Assembly (NCBI RefSeq): GCF_018977255.1
Contig: NW_024704742.1
Span: 105,402,001-105,466,000 of the forward strand
Source of the DNA: Callorhinchus milii
Lineage: Eukaryota
DNA length: 64,000 nt
Reading direction: 5' to 3'
Position 1 is the stretch's first letter; the number at the start of each line of letters is the position of its first letter. Under the pieces are notes generated by a model, which saw only the letters and a list, made by a program, of their open reading frames with translations, did not search any database and was not told the origin of the DNA. Made by a program: the position numbers and the translations under genes. This document shows positions 52,294 to 62,908 of the stretch, piece by piece.

Positions 52294-53639
52294 GAGCTAC
52301 GCTTGCATTTTTCTGCAGTGAATTCAAATTCCCATCTGTATTCCTACACTGCTAACCTGGTTTATGCTCCCCTGTGTCTGACACAAGCCTTCCACAAAAA
52401 AATACAGTACTCTGGACCTGAGTAACTTTAATGAGACCAAATACAAATTGGAAGACTGTTTTGTAGCTGAGTCAGTAATACTCCATTCCGCCACTAATTT
52501 ACTGGTAAAAATAATTCATTTATATTTTAACCCTTATTCTCTTATCAAATCAGACATTGCAATTTAGGATTTCAACTTGCCAACTAGTTACCGGTGAACA
52601 CTGAGGGGGAATCCCAGTTTGTAATCTCACGTCATGAGGCCCAGAAGTCAACTGCTGAATGAATGCAAAGCTGCAATAAACTGGTAAAACCTTTGTGTTG
52701 TAGACGTAACAATAAATTCCAAGGGGAAGCGCACTAGCCAGAGACTAAAATCTCTTTTATTTGCAGCCTGAACGTTTCAATGTGTGTTCTGGTGCACCAT
52801 ACCTGTTTGTGGATTGGCTCGCTCACTGTGTCAGGGCGTGTTGCTGAGCCAAGGATGCTGTTTCTTTTCATTTTGCTGGCAAAACACAAGGTTACATGTG
52901 TGAGCACTTATACGAGCAACGTGCCTCTTTAGGGGTTATTTGTTCTGACTCCGTTTTTGCTGAAATAATACTACTTAATACTGCAATATTTTCTGACAGA
53001 AATAAATCAACTTATTATCACGATCAAGCAAGCTGCTAAAATCGCTGCTTATTTTTACTGTCTTTGTTCGCTTGTTGTACTATAAATGAAGGCCGTGTTT
53101 TATAGATAACAAAGGGATGCAAACTGTATTCTTCAAAGGCAGGGAGACCTGTCAGTCATTGCAGGCGATAATGAACCATTGTATTTGAGACATTTTGTGC
53201 AAAGTGTGGGAACCAGACTTATAAGTATAAGTTTTTAAGTCAGGTGTAAGCAATACAATTTTGAAATGAATTTATTTTCACCTAGAACTGTGGTGCAAAA
53301 AAGCGGGTATTCATACTTTCCCATTTTTCCTAGTATAATCTCTCTTGCACAGAGTATGCTTCCTTCATTCTGCCTCAACAATGTTCCTGAACCTCACCCT
53401 TCTCCTTCACATCTCAGTCACAATGAGCCAGGCCACCATCTTATGTTGACTGTGGAAGGAGAGATAAATCAATAACTCCTTCGACTCCAAGCAGTAGTGG
53501 TGCCACACTACACCCCCTTACGCATCATTGCCTCAACATACCTACAGTAAGCAAGTACACCCAAGGGGCTCAGTTCCCTCAGAACTCCTCAGGACAGGGC
53601 AGTAACATAACGATTCAGGGTTACAGAGTCTGCCTAGTC

Positions 53640-53718
53640 CAGTACTGGCCAAACTGCGGCCCGCGGGCCAATTCTATCCCATGGGGCTGTCAAGAAGCAG
53701 CCCCAAACATTTGCACTG
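53640..53718. mobile_element. hAT-Charlie-like terminal remnant
   Basis: CAGTACTGGCCAAACTGCGGCCCGCGGGCC resembles Charlie-type termini; flanks GCCTAGTC and (G)TCTAGTT resemble the NTCTAGAN target. Confidence 0.55.
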
Positions 53719-54101
53719 TCTAGTTTTTAAATCCTACCTGAATACCTACCATCGACCGAGCCTAAGATCACCTTCCCCGACACCCTCTTCCCTTGCTCGG
53801 TATCTGATTCTGTCTTTGTAAAGCACTTTGAGATGTTAATTGTGTTATCCTATAAATGCTAGTTGTTGTTTCATTGGTTGTCAATTATTTGATTAAAGAC
53901 AACTGTGATTTCTTATATATTTGATCATATAAGGGTTACCCAACTTGCATAATAGGCCGACTATTGGTGTAACTTGGAATAACATGAACGCTTGATTCTA
54001 ATTACACTGACTGCCACTGAAGGGGTGGATTGTCATACAACTCCTTGTTTGGGTAACCATGATGTCCCTGAACACACTCGGTTACCTCCCCGATGCCTTG
54101 T

Positions 54102-54424
54102 GGAGTCCTGTAGCTCAGTGGTTAGAGCACTCGCTTTGCAAGCGAGAGACTTGAGTTCAATTCCAGGCAGAGGGCGAAACCTTGGGCAAGTTTCCTTACT
54201 CCACACAGAGCCTAATAATAATCCCTCCAAAACCAAAAACAATAATAAATTGGTCATTTTCAATCTACAACTGTTTGTGGGACATTGCTGTGCGCAATTG
54301 GCTGCCGCGTTCGCCCACAAATATACAGTCAATTCACTTTACAGTGTGTTCTGTGAAGCGCTTTGGGATGTCCTCCCGACGTGAAAAGCGCTATATCAAA
54401 TGCAAGGATTATTATTATTATTAT
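54102..54424 (+). mobile_element. tRNA-derived SINE (Ala-like head, partial Deu domain, L2-type tail)
   Basis: A-box TAGCTCAGTGG, B-box GTTCAATTCC, anticodon-like arm CTCGC-TTTGCAA-GCGAG, Deu-type GGGACATTGCTGTGCGCAATTGGCTGCCGCGTT, (ATT)n tail. Confidence 0.9.
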
Positions 54425-55463
54425 AACAGTTGGAAGAGAGGCCCAGTGTTTGGCTGTACACGTGATCCAGGGATGTGCGGACGCTCTGTTGTGCCTGATA
54501 GACAGGTTGGACCCTCCACCTTTGCCAGAATAGCATAGGTCATAGTAAATGCTACAAGAGAAGATGAGGTTTATTAAAGGTTTGAAGTCCAGGTGACTGA
54601 ACTTAGTGTTAATGAAAGAGAGAGCTCAAGTCAAATTAAAACCGAGATGGTTTTCAGGGTTACTCCATGTAACTCAGTGACAGCAGATGATAGTGAAGGT
54701 TTCCTGGATGTTGCATAATGTATGTTCCTTTTAATGACAGTCGGCAAGCTTTTCTAGCAAGACGCTGTGTTTCTGTGAGGTGCACAGTTATCAAGTACAC
54801 TTGTCAGCTGAAACACTTCCTGCTGGAAGAACTTTGAGAGAATGTAAGGGAAAAGAAATGAACTTCCTATGTAATTGGTGCTGGATTGCTGGAGCTGGCA
54901 GATCATTAGCAGGCCAAGACCTTGGGATTTTCTGAAATGAATTGCGAAGAAAACTCTTTCAGTGTGGCCCCAAAATAAGAAATTCCAGGAAATTAAGGAG
55001 TTTCATAATTCATTAATATGAATGCAGCCTGAGTCTAATAGAGAGGTTCCTCTGTACAAGATGTAATTGAGGGGATTTTGGTGCAGTAGGTTGGGGATTA
55101 GCTGACATGCCTGATAGTTCATTAAGACTCGGGGGAGAGACCTGGTTTGATGTACAAAATATTGGATGTGAGGAACATAACCGTAAGGAGGGAATATCAC
55201 ACAAATCCTCCCAAATGAAAAGTGTAACTTGCCAGAACTACACTTTCACCCAGTATTAAGCTCCATTTATACTAGTGTATAAAATAATAGTTGGAGAGAG
55301 AGAGAGAGAGAGAGTCAGAGGGAAAGTGGCAGAAAGAGAGAGAGAAAGGCTGGTATTTGTATTTTGCGCAATGTCCAGTTATCCGCACTGTCTGCTTATC
55401 TGCAACTAGGTCGCACCCAATTAGTGTGGATAATCTTCTCTCTATTGTAATAATAACCATCCT

Positions 55464-55826
55464 ATAGTAATATGCTTGCATTTGATATAGCATCTTATCA
55501 CTTCTTTGAGTCGTCTCAAACCGCTTCACAGAATATACTGTAAATTGAGTTGACCGTATATTTTATGGGCGAAATATGGCAGCCAATTGCGGACAGCAGT
55601 GTCCCACAAACAGTTGTGGATTGAGTCATCGAATCTTTTTAAAGGTATTATTACCCCCGGAAAAGCGATCCGCCAATCAACTAACAACAAGGTTCCTACT
55701 TATTGCTAGGTAAACATAGGCACATGGAGTAAGAAAACATGCCTAATGTTTGGCCCTGACCCATCCAGGAATCGAACCCAGGTCCTCTCGCTTGCTCGTG
55801 TTCTAACCAGCACGCTACAGGACTCC
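55464..55826 (-). mobile_element. Same SINE family, full length
   Basis: Reverse complement begins GGAGTCCTGTAGCG, has B-box GGTTCGATTCC, Deu segment and tail. Confidence 0.87.
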
Positions 55827-55842
55827 AGAAGATGGTCAAAAG

Positions 55843-56100
55843 GTGGGAAACTTGCCAGATGCAAACAATGCAGTTTTAGTTGGTTAAAACTAATTGTACT
55901 CAACACACACTCTGGCATCCCCAAGCTCTTGCCAACCTGGGGCTAATACTCAGTATGTAAGTAGGATGAATCCCTCCGGGAAGAGAGTGCACATTCCAAA
56001 CATAGGAATTTCTACGTGTAAGTGGGACTCATGGAACTCTCTCTGGTCTGGATACTTTTAAGCATGGTGATGGTTTTCTTCATGTGGCCAGGCACCTGGG
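55843..56100 (-). mobile_element. Family C repeat copy
   Basis: Reverse complement has CCACATGAAGAAAACCATCACCATG, TAGAAATTCC, GAGTATTAG, TAACCAACTAAAACTGCA. Confidence 0.6.
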
Positions 56101-56180
56101 TGTCCAAAAAAAATCTATATCTAAAACAAAGAAAACTGCAAATAAAAGTAGCTGACATTTGTACCAGACATGTCAGGAGT

Positions 56181-56285
56181 CAAAAGGCAAAATACTGCAG
56201 ATGCTGGAAATCTGAAATAGAAACAGAACTTGCTAGAAATACTCAGCAGGTCAGGCAGCATCTATGGATAGAGTCACAGTCAGAA
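56181..56285. mobile_element. Second arm copy of the same repeat, opposite orientation
   Basis: TACTGCAGATGCTGGAAATCTGAAA..ACTCAGCAGGTCAGGCAGCATCTATGGA is the reverse complement of about 1698-1775. Confidence 0.7.
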
Positions 56286-56886
56286 CTCAGGCGAGGAGTC
56301 AAATTCCCATTTTATTTAACAATGTGAACTACTGATGTGTTCATAAAGTTAAGAAAAAGCAGAGCTCCATATGTTTAAATAGATTTGGGGATTGGAATAG
56401 AATCATGGAAATTATAGCATTGGAAGAGGTCATTCTGCCCAGTCTGTACAGTGCCAGCTCCTCCTCTGGAGCAAACCTGGATTCCAATTCCCCGCTCCTT
56501 TCCCTTTAATGTTCCTCCTGTTTAAATGTTTATCCAATTCCCTTTTGAATGTCTGATGTCCCTTTGATGTTGACAGCTCTTTTATTTTGTGTAAAGCGTC
56601 TCCGTGTTTCAATGCAATGGTTTGTAACAGGATTCAAAGGTTCTTATTACCGCTGCTTCCTGAATGTGCATTTTTGTGAACCGTGGAAATGCTGCTCCGA
56701 ATTAACGGAAGGAGAATCTGTCAGAGTGGAGTTCCCGCGGGTGGACATAAAGCACATCCGGTTACCCGAAGGATTCAACGTATTATTGAATCCTATGCAG
56801 ATACTAGATTGTAGGTCCCATTGTGTAAGAACATGGATGCTAAATAACTTCCCTTTTGTAAAGCAACATTTGGAGAGTGAGAATGT

Positions 56887-57311
56887 GGAGTCCTGTAGGG
56901 TATCGACTAGAACATCTCACAAGCGAGAGGACCCGGGCTCAATTCCCGGGCAGGGCGAAACCTCAGGCAAGTTTCCTTAATCCACATGCCTCTGTTTACC
57001 GAGCAGTAAATAGTAACCCGGCTGTTAGTCGATTGGCGGATCGCTTTCTGAAGGTAATAATCCCTTAAACAATAATAATAACTTGGTCACTTAATCCACG
57101 AAAGTTGGTGGGATATTGCTGTGCGCGTTTCCTCCACAAAATATACAGTCAATTCACTTTACAGTATATTCTGTGAAGTGCTTTGAGACGTTTAGAAAAC
57201 GTGGAAAGCGCTATATCAAATGCAAGGATTATTATTATTCCGTGAAGCGCTTTGAGATGTTTCAACAACATGAAAAGACGCTATATCAAATGCAAGGATT
57301 ATTATTATTAT
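56887..57311 (+). mobile_element. Same SINE family, full length, with two tandem 3' tails
   Basis: Head GGAGTCCTGTAG...CGAAACC. Tail GTGAAG..CTATATCAAATGCAAGGATTATT occurs at about 57172-57239 and again at 57241-57311. Confidence 0.88.
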
Positions 57312-59857
57312 CAATAAAAATTGTCGTGTCTCTTTATAATTTATGGCAAAATAGAAAAGTACCAACATGCCATGGGTTCCCCCCTTTAATTTTCTTTCTC
57401 CTTAGCTCAAAGGCATTGGGGGTCACTGGAGTAAATTGTTTTACCCCTCCATTGTGGAGGGGTGAGATCCGCTAAACCAAGCACTACCTGGATACAAACC
57501 CTTTTAATTCTACTGCATCTGATGGTTTGTGATTTCTACGGTTACATGTTCCTTTGTCTTTACTGCTCACATTTTCTAGAGATCATTTGAAAAATTCCAT
57601 TCCAAGGAGACTCTCCACCTCACCGTGCTTGACAGTAGCTGTAATCATTATCATAAAATGTAAATATTGGAAGCCAAATTGAAAAGGATCTGAAAAATTA
57701 TCATTTGCACAAAGATTATGAACAGTCTTAACTAAATCAATTGATTTCATTAACATTACTCTGCAGACACTCGAGCTTCTTGGCTCCAGTTCGAGGAACG
57801 ATGCAGCTCATTAAATTCATTCCTCTTGTGCATCCATCCATGTATGTGGTACTTCTCATATGTTGAACAGAAAGTTATCAGCCTTGAAACTTGTCTGTCT
57901 TAATAACGTATGATGACATAGGGTACAGATGATACTATACACCCAACAACTTATGCTTTGTTCTGTCGAAATGTCCTTGGTACAGTGAAAGGAAATTGTC
58001 TTTTTCAGTATGAATTGCTGCAAAGTTATTACTTTGCGCACCTCAATGAATTTTTTTTGTATCAAGGACAATTGCTTTCTATCTGTGAGTATTGATTTGT
58101 AGTGACTGAGTGCAAAGCCACTAGAGAGCACTACCTTTATTCCCAGTACTCTGCCTTTGGCTCTACCGCATCACACAGACTTGTTTAAGAAATAGTTCCA
58201 GATTCTTATTGAGGGACATTCAGATACATTTACGGATTGGGAGAGAGAGTGAGAAAGAAAGAGTCTGGCCTTCAGTTCTGAATGGTGCTCAGAATACTCC
58301 CATGAGGTGAGTTATTAGGTCTTCCTGATGTTTCTAATATTCTTCTGAAGGTTATTTCTGCCTCTTTGTTATAAACTTTTTCTTCACTGGAATTTTGAAG
58401 GCAGCAGAATTTTTTAGATTGTCACTGTCACTGTCTGCCTGTTTGAGTGGAAGTTAATGTCTCAAGACACCATTCGAAACAAGATGGGAGTTTCTCCTGG
58501 AGTCCTGGCCAACAGTCCCCCAGATAAAATAACCTCTACTAGTCAACAAACTGAGTATTTATTTTAATATTCACACCTCAAATAGATCCAAGTGAATCAA
58601 TTACTTTTCAAATACTCAATTGAACTCCGATTAGTGAAAAGTGCTGTCCGATACTCTTGAGACACATCCCAGCAAGTTCGTTGGTTTCAGAAGGAGATGC
58701 CTTGGATGCCATAAATGTGATTGACAGCTCAGGCCAGTGCTCACATTCTCTAATGCTCTCTGGTGTAGTCAATTAGAACACAGAGCTGGGATTTCCATCT
58801 GGGAAGTTTCAGAGTTGCCACACTTGATAGGCTCACATGATTTGATTTGATCCCCTATTGAGCTCAGCACCACAGCCCCAGGTCTTAAGGCTCAGTCTGT
58901 TTAGCTTAGCCATTGAGAGGTGTTGTGGGACGGAAAACCAGCCACATTGGGACTATTGTCCTGAGTAACTAAACTGGACTCCAGATTTAAGCTTCAGGTT
59001 ATCTGTGCTGAATAACTTTGAAAAGATGACAAGTCAGAATAAACTACTGGTTACTAGGAAATCCATAGACAAAGCAATGACTTGCACTCAGACAATCTGT
59101 TGTACATCATGTGTAAAATAGGTGTAAACTGTGTGCGTGGATAAAATTACAGGCTCCTTGAATTTTATGTTGTTGACAACCAATACTTAAGGGCATGTAT
59201 AATTCCCCTCTACACAAATTGCACTTAACTCTCTCTCTGTTTACACATGGCACATAATAATACATCCACATGTATTTCCTGGTGTGAATTTTTCTCTTCC
59301 AATCCAATCTGGAGTAGAAAACAATTGCAACTTGCATTTATATCTAGAAGGTTATGCTTGAAGGCTTATTTGAGGAAGGCCAGAGGAGGCTCATGTGGAG
59401 CATAAACACCGGCATAGACCAGTTGGGCCGAATAGCCTGTTTCTGTTTTCTAATGTATTCTAATGTATATTGCACCCTTCACACGGCGTAGCGTCTGAAA
59501 CAAACACGTACACAAGTTTAATAATTTGCAAACTACTTTGGCCCATCAACTTGTCATGATTTTCCATTTAATTCCTGCAACAGTTGCTTTCTGCTTTCTT
59601 CCACTGCTACCTTTGGATTTGAGCAGAACTTGAACCCTGTTGTCTCATCTTCTGATCCCCCATCAGATCCAGAGTGAGCGCAAGCAGTGCTTTGCTCATT
59701 TAACACCACATTTCTTCCCTGAAAGCATTGATTCATTCTGTTGTAAAGTCGCAAGAGGGAAAGATACAAGGCAGTAATACAGGACTGGAGAAATGGCGCA
59801 GAAAGAGGAGGGCAAGACTGGAGAGATTGGAACATAAGGCCAAGAAATTCAAACTCT

Positions 59858-60085
59858 TATTATAATAATAATAATCCTTGCACTTGATATAGTGCTTCAC
59901 ATGAATTACTGTGAAATGGAGCAACTGTATTTTTAGGCAAACACAGCAGCACAATTGGACATAGAAATATCCCACAAACAGCCATGAAATAAGTGACCAA
60001 TTTTATTTGGGAGATTGTTGGCCAGGATACTGGGAGAAACTCCCTTCTTTTTTCGAATAGTGCCATGGGATCTTTAACATCTATG
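59858..60085 (-). mobile_element. Deu-SINE core plus tail
   Basis: (AAT)n tail; TTCGAATAGTGCCATGGGATCTTTAACATC is the reverse complement of the Deu core. Confidence 0.8.
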
Positions 60086-60515
60086 GAGTTATCAAAAACT
60101 TGTTGCATCTGTGTTGCTCAGATTCACTACCAACCACAGAATTTACTATTTGAACTATCAAAGTAGCCTTTTGTATTAAAATCAATTTAAATATTGATAT
60201 TTTCTTCCCATCACAAAACCTTTAGATTCCGAGTGTTTTTTTTTCATCAATCCTGCTTTGAACTTCTTTCCATGTATCTCTTAAAGTTTTTTCTTCTCAG
60301 CTGCTTAGCCAGTTCCCTTTGGAATAATTCTGTTGATTCAGCCTCAAAAGCCACTTGTGCTAGTGAATTCGATACCCTAATAATGCACTGATTGAAGAAA
60401 TTCCTTCTAACCTCTCCTCTGATTCTTCTTACAACCTTCTGCCCTCCTGTCATCAATTCCCCGACTACTCTTTTCTTATTTACCTTCTCGTGCCCTTCAA
60501 AATGTTTAAAATAAA

Positions 60516-61610
60516 AACAACAAACAACAAAATTACATTTGTATAGTGCTTTTCATGTAGGGAGGACATCCCAAGGCGCTGGACAATCAGTGTTTTGGAC
60601 CCGAGCTGCGAATTGGGATTGGCGAGGGTGGAGGGCAGTGGGGGAAGGAGGGTGATCAAAGGCACAGTCGAGAGGAGGGTATTGAAGGAGCAAGGTAGGG
60701 GGGCGAGGCGGAATGGAATTCCAAAGGGTGGGGGTAGAGTGGCTGAAGGCCCGCCCGCCAATGGTGGGATGGGCGAGGCGGGGTGTGTGAAGCAGGCTGG
60801 AGCCTGCTGAGTGGAGGGAGTGGGCAGGTTGGTAGGGGTTAGGAGGTCGCAGAGGTAAGGGGGAGCAAGGCCATGGAGGGCTTTCAAAGTGAGGACCAGG
60901 ATCTTGAACTGTATCCTCTGAAGCCAGTGGAGTCAGGCGAGGATGGGGGTGATAGGGTCGCGGAGCCTGGTGTGGGAGAGGAGACGGGCTGCAGAGTTCT
61001 GGATGATCTGAAGACTGTGGAGGGAGGAGTTGGAGAGACCAACAAGCAGGGAGTTTGCGTAGGCAAGCGTAATCTCACAGTCTCTAGATGTTATGAATGT
61101 GGGTATGAGGCTTTCAGCGGCCTGCGGTGTGAGACAGTGGGGGAGCCGTGCAATGTTGTGGAGATGGGAGAAGGCAGAACAGGTTGTAGTACGGATGTGG
61201 GGTATGAAGAACAGTTGAGGGTTGAACTGGCCGCCGAGATTCCATATTGGCTCAGTGAGATGTAGAGTGTATCCATGGAGGGAGATGCTGTCAGCGCCCG
61301 AGGTATGGAGGCGCTGACGGGAGCCAAGCAGGAGGGCCTCATTGAACTGACATTGAACTGTAAGAAGTTAGCTCTCATCCAAGACTTAATGTCCGACAGA
61401 CAGTCTGTGAGGACAGCAGCTGTCCTGGAATCAAGGGTGGAGGCAGAGAGGTAGAGTTGGGTGTCATCCGCATACATATGGAAGTTGACCCGATGTCTGC
61501 AGATGATGTCACCAAGGGGGAGCATATAGGAGGGGACCAAGGACAAAGCCCTGAGAAACTCCGCATGAGATGTTGCGGAGCTGGAGGAGAAGCCGTTAGT
61601 GGTGACAAAG
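60516..61610 (-). mobile_element. 5'-truncated decayed L2 LINE
   Basis: HMYADDTQLY in ORF 61091-61672; KALHGLAPPYL in ORF 60480-60887; (AAC)n tail at 60516. Confidence 0.9.
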
Positions 61611-62599
61611 TAGAAACATCTGTCAAATACACACTGAAGCTCCTCTGGGTAAATTGGGATTTTGTCCGGCATTTGAAACAGTCTCTCACATTCAAGTTCA
61701 TGTCAAAACCCTAAGGGAGAAGCTACATTCACATTTCTTGGGAATTTGGGGGTGGGTGGGGGGTGGAATTGGCCCGTCACAGGTAATCAGGAGCTAAGGA
61801 AAGAGGAAAGTGAAAAGTAGGCAGACAAACAGAAAGAGGCAAAGTATGCAAAATAGCAGTGAGCAAAAAGTTTAGAGAGAAAACTTGCAGGTGATGAACA
61901 ACAGATCAACGAAAGAAGGGGAGAATAAAATAATTTGGCAACGAGAAAATGGAGCATGTCTACCATAAGAGGCCATCTGTCCGCCAGAACTCAGACATGT
62001 CACGGGTAAGATAGCAGAAAGCGATCAGACCCTCATTGAGATGATGGTGACAAATGCCTGAGCGGAATAGTTTATGGGTATACGGTAACGCACTGTGTCT
62101 GATCGATGGAACAAATGATTGTATTCACTTAGAGCCTGATAGCAGGTAATGCAGTTGTAGCTCGGGGCTTGCCAACAGCACAGCCAGATTCCGAGCTCAG
62201 TGGAATTGAGAATAACAGCGATTCTTCACATTGCCCAATTGTGCCAGTTTATCTCCAGACAATAAACTGCATCTCACTAAATGATTGTCCTTCCACCATT
62301 CACTTGAATGCATGGTGCTCAATACTGCAATCTGATAGACAGAGTGTGCTGCCGATGAGCATTATTCTGGTGTGAACAGCACAGAGAATTATCCTGGTTC
62401 CTCTCGTAACATTTATTTTATTCAGCAGATAGAGAGCTAGGGAGTCTTTTATCTGAGTGTCAGGATGAGATGCTTTGTTTGCATCTCATGCACAGAGTGA
62501 AAAATGGGATTGTAATACAAACACAGTGAAGCATTATGTGAAACTCCTTCCACTCATCGGAGCAAAGCGGATCTTACTGAATGTGCATCCTCAGTATTG

Positions 62600-62908
62600 A
62601 GAGGTCTCTCCCCTGGTTGGAGATACTAAAACCAGGGGTCACAACCTTAAAATCAGAGGCCAGCCCTTTCGCACTGAGTTGAGGAAGAACTTCTTCACTC
62701 AAAGGGTGGTGAATGTATGGAACTCCCTACCCCAAAGGGCTGTTGATGCTCAGTCCTTGAACATATTCAAGACTGAGATAGATAGATTTCTTATTGCAAA
62801 AGGGATTAAGGGATGTGGGGATAAGACGGGGTTATGTTATTAGCTGGAGTTAGATTAGAAGATCAGCCATGATTGAATGGCGGTCCAGGCTCGAAGGGTC
62901 GAAGGGCC
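62600..62908 (+). mobile_element. CR1 LINE 3' fragment, interrupted by the L2 insertion
   Basis: Encodes TRGHNLKIRGQPFRTELRKNFFTQRVVNVWNSLPQRAVDAQSLNIFKTEIDRFL (CR1 ORF2 C-terminus). 3' UTR matches the reverse complement of 3644-3720 but stops at ...GGGCC. Confidence 0.9.

Noticed and set aside
54102..54176. tRNA-Ala(TGC)-like gene
   Set aside because: Acceptor stem does not pair well and the sequence continues into a Deu body and tail; it is a SINE head.
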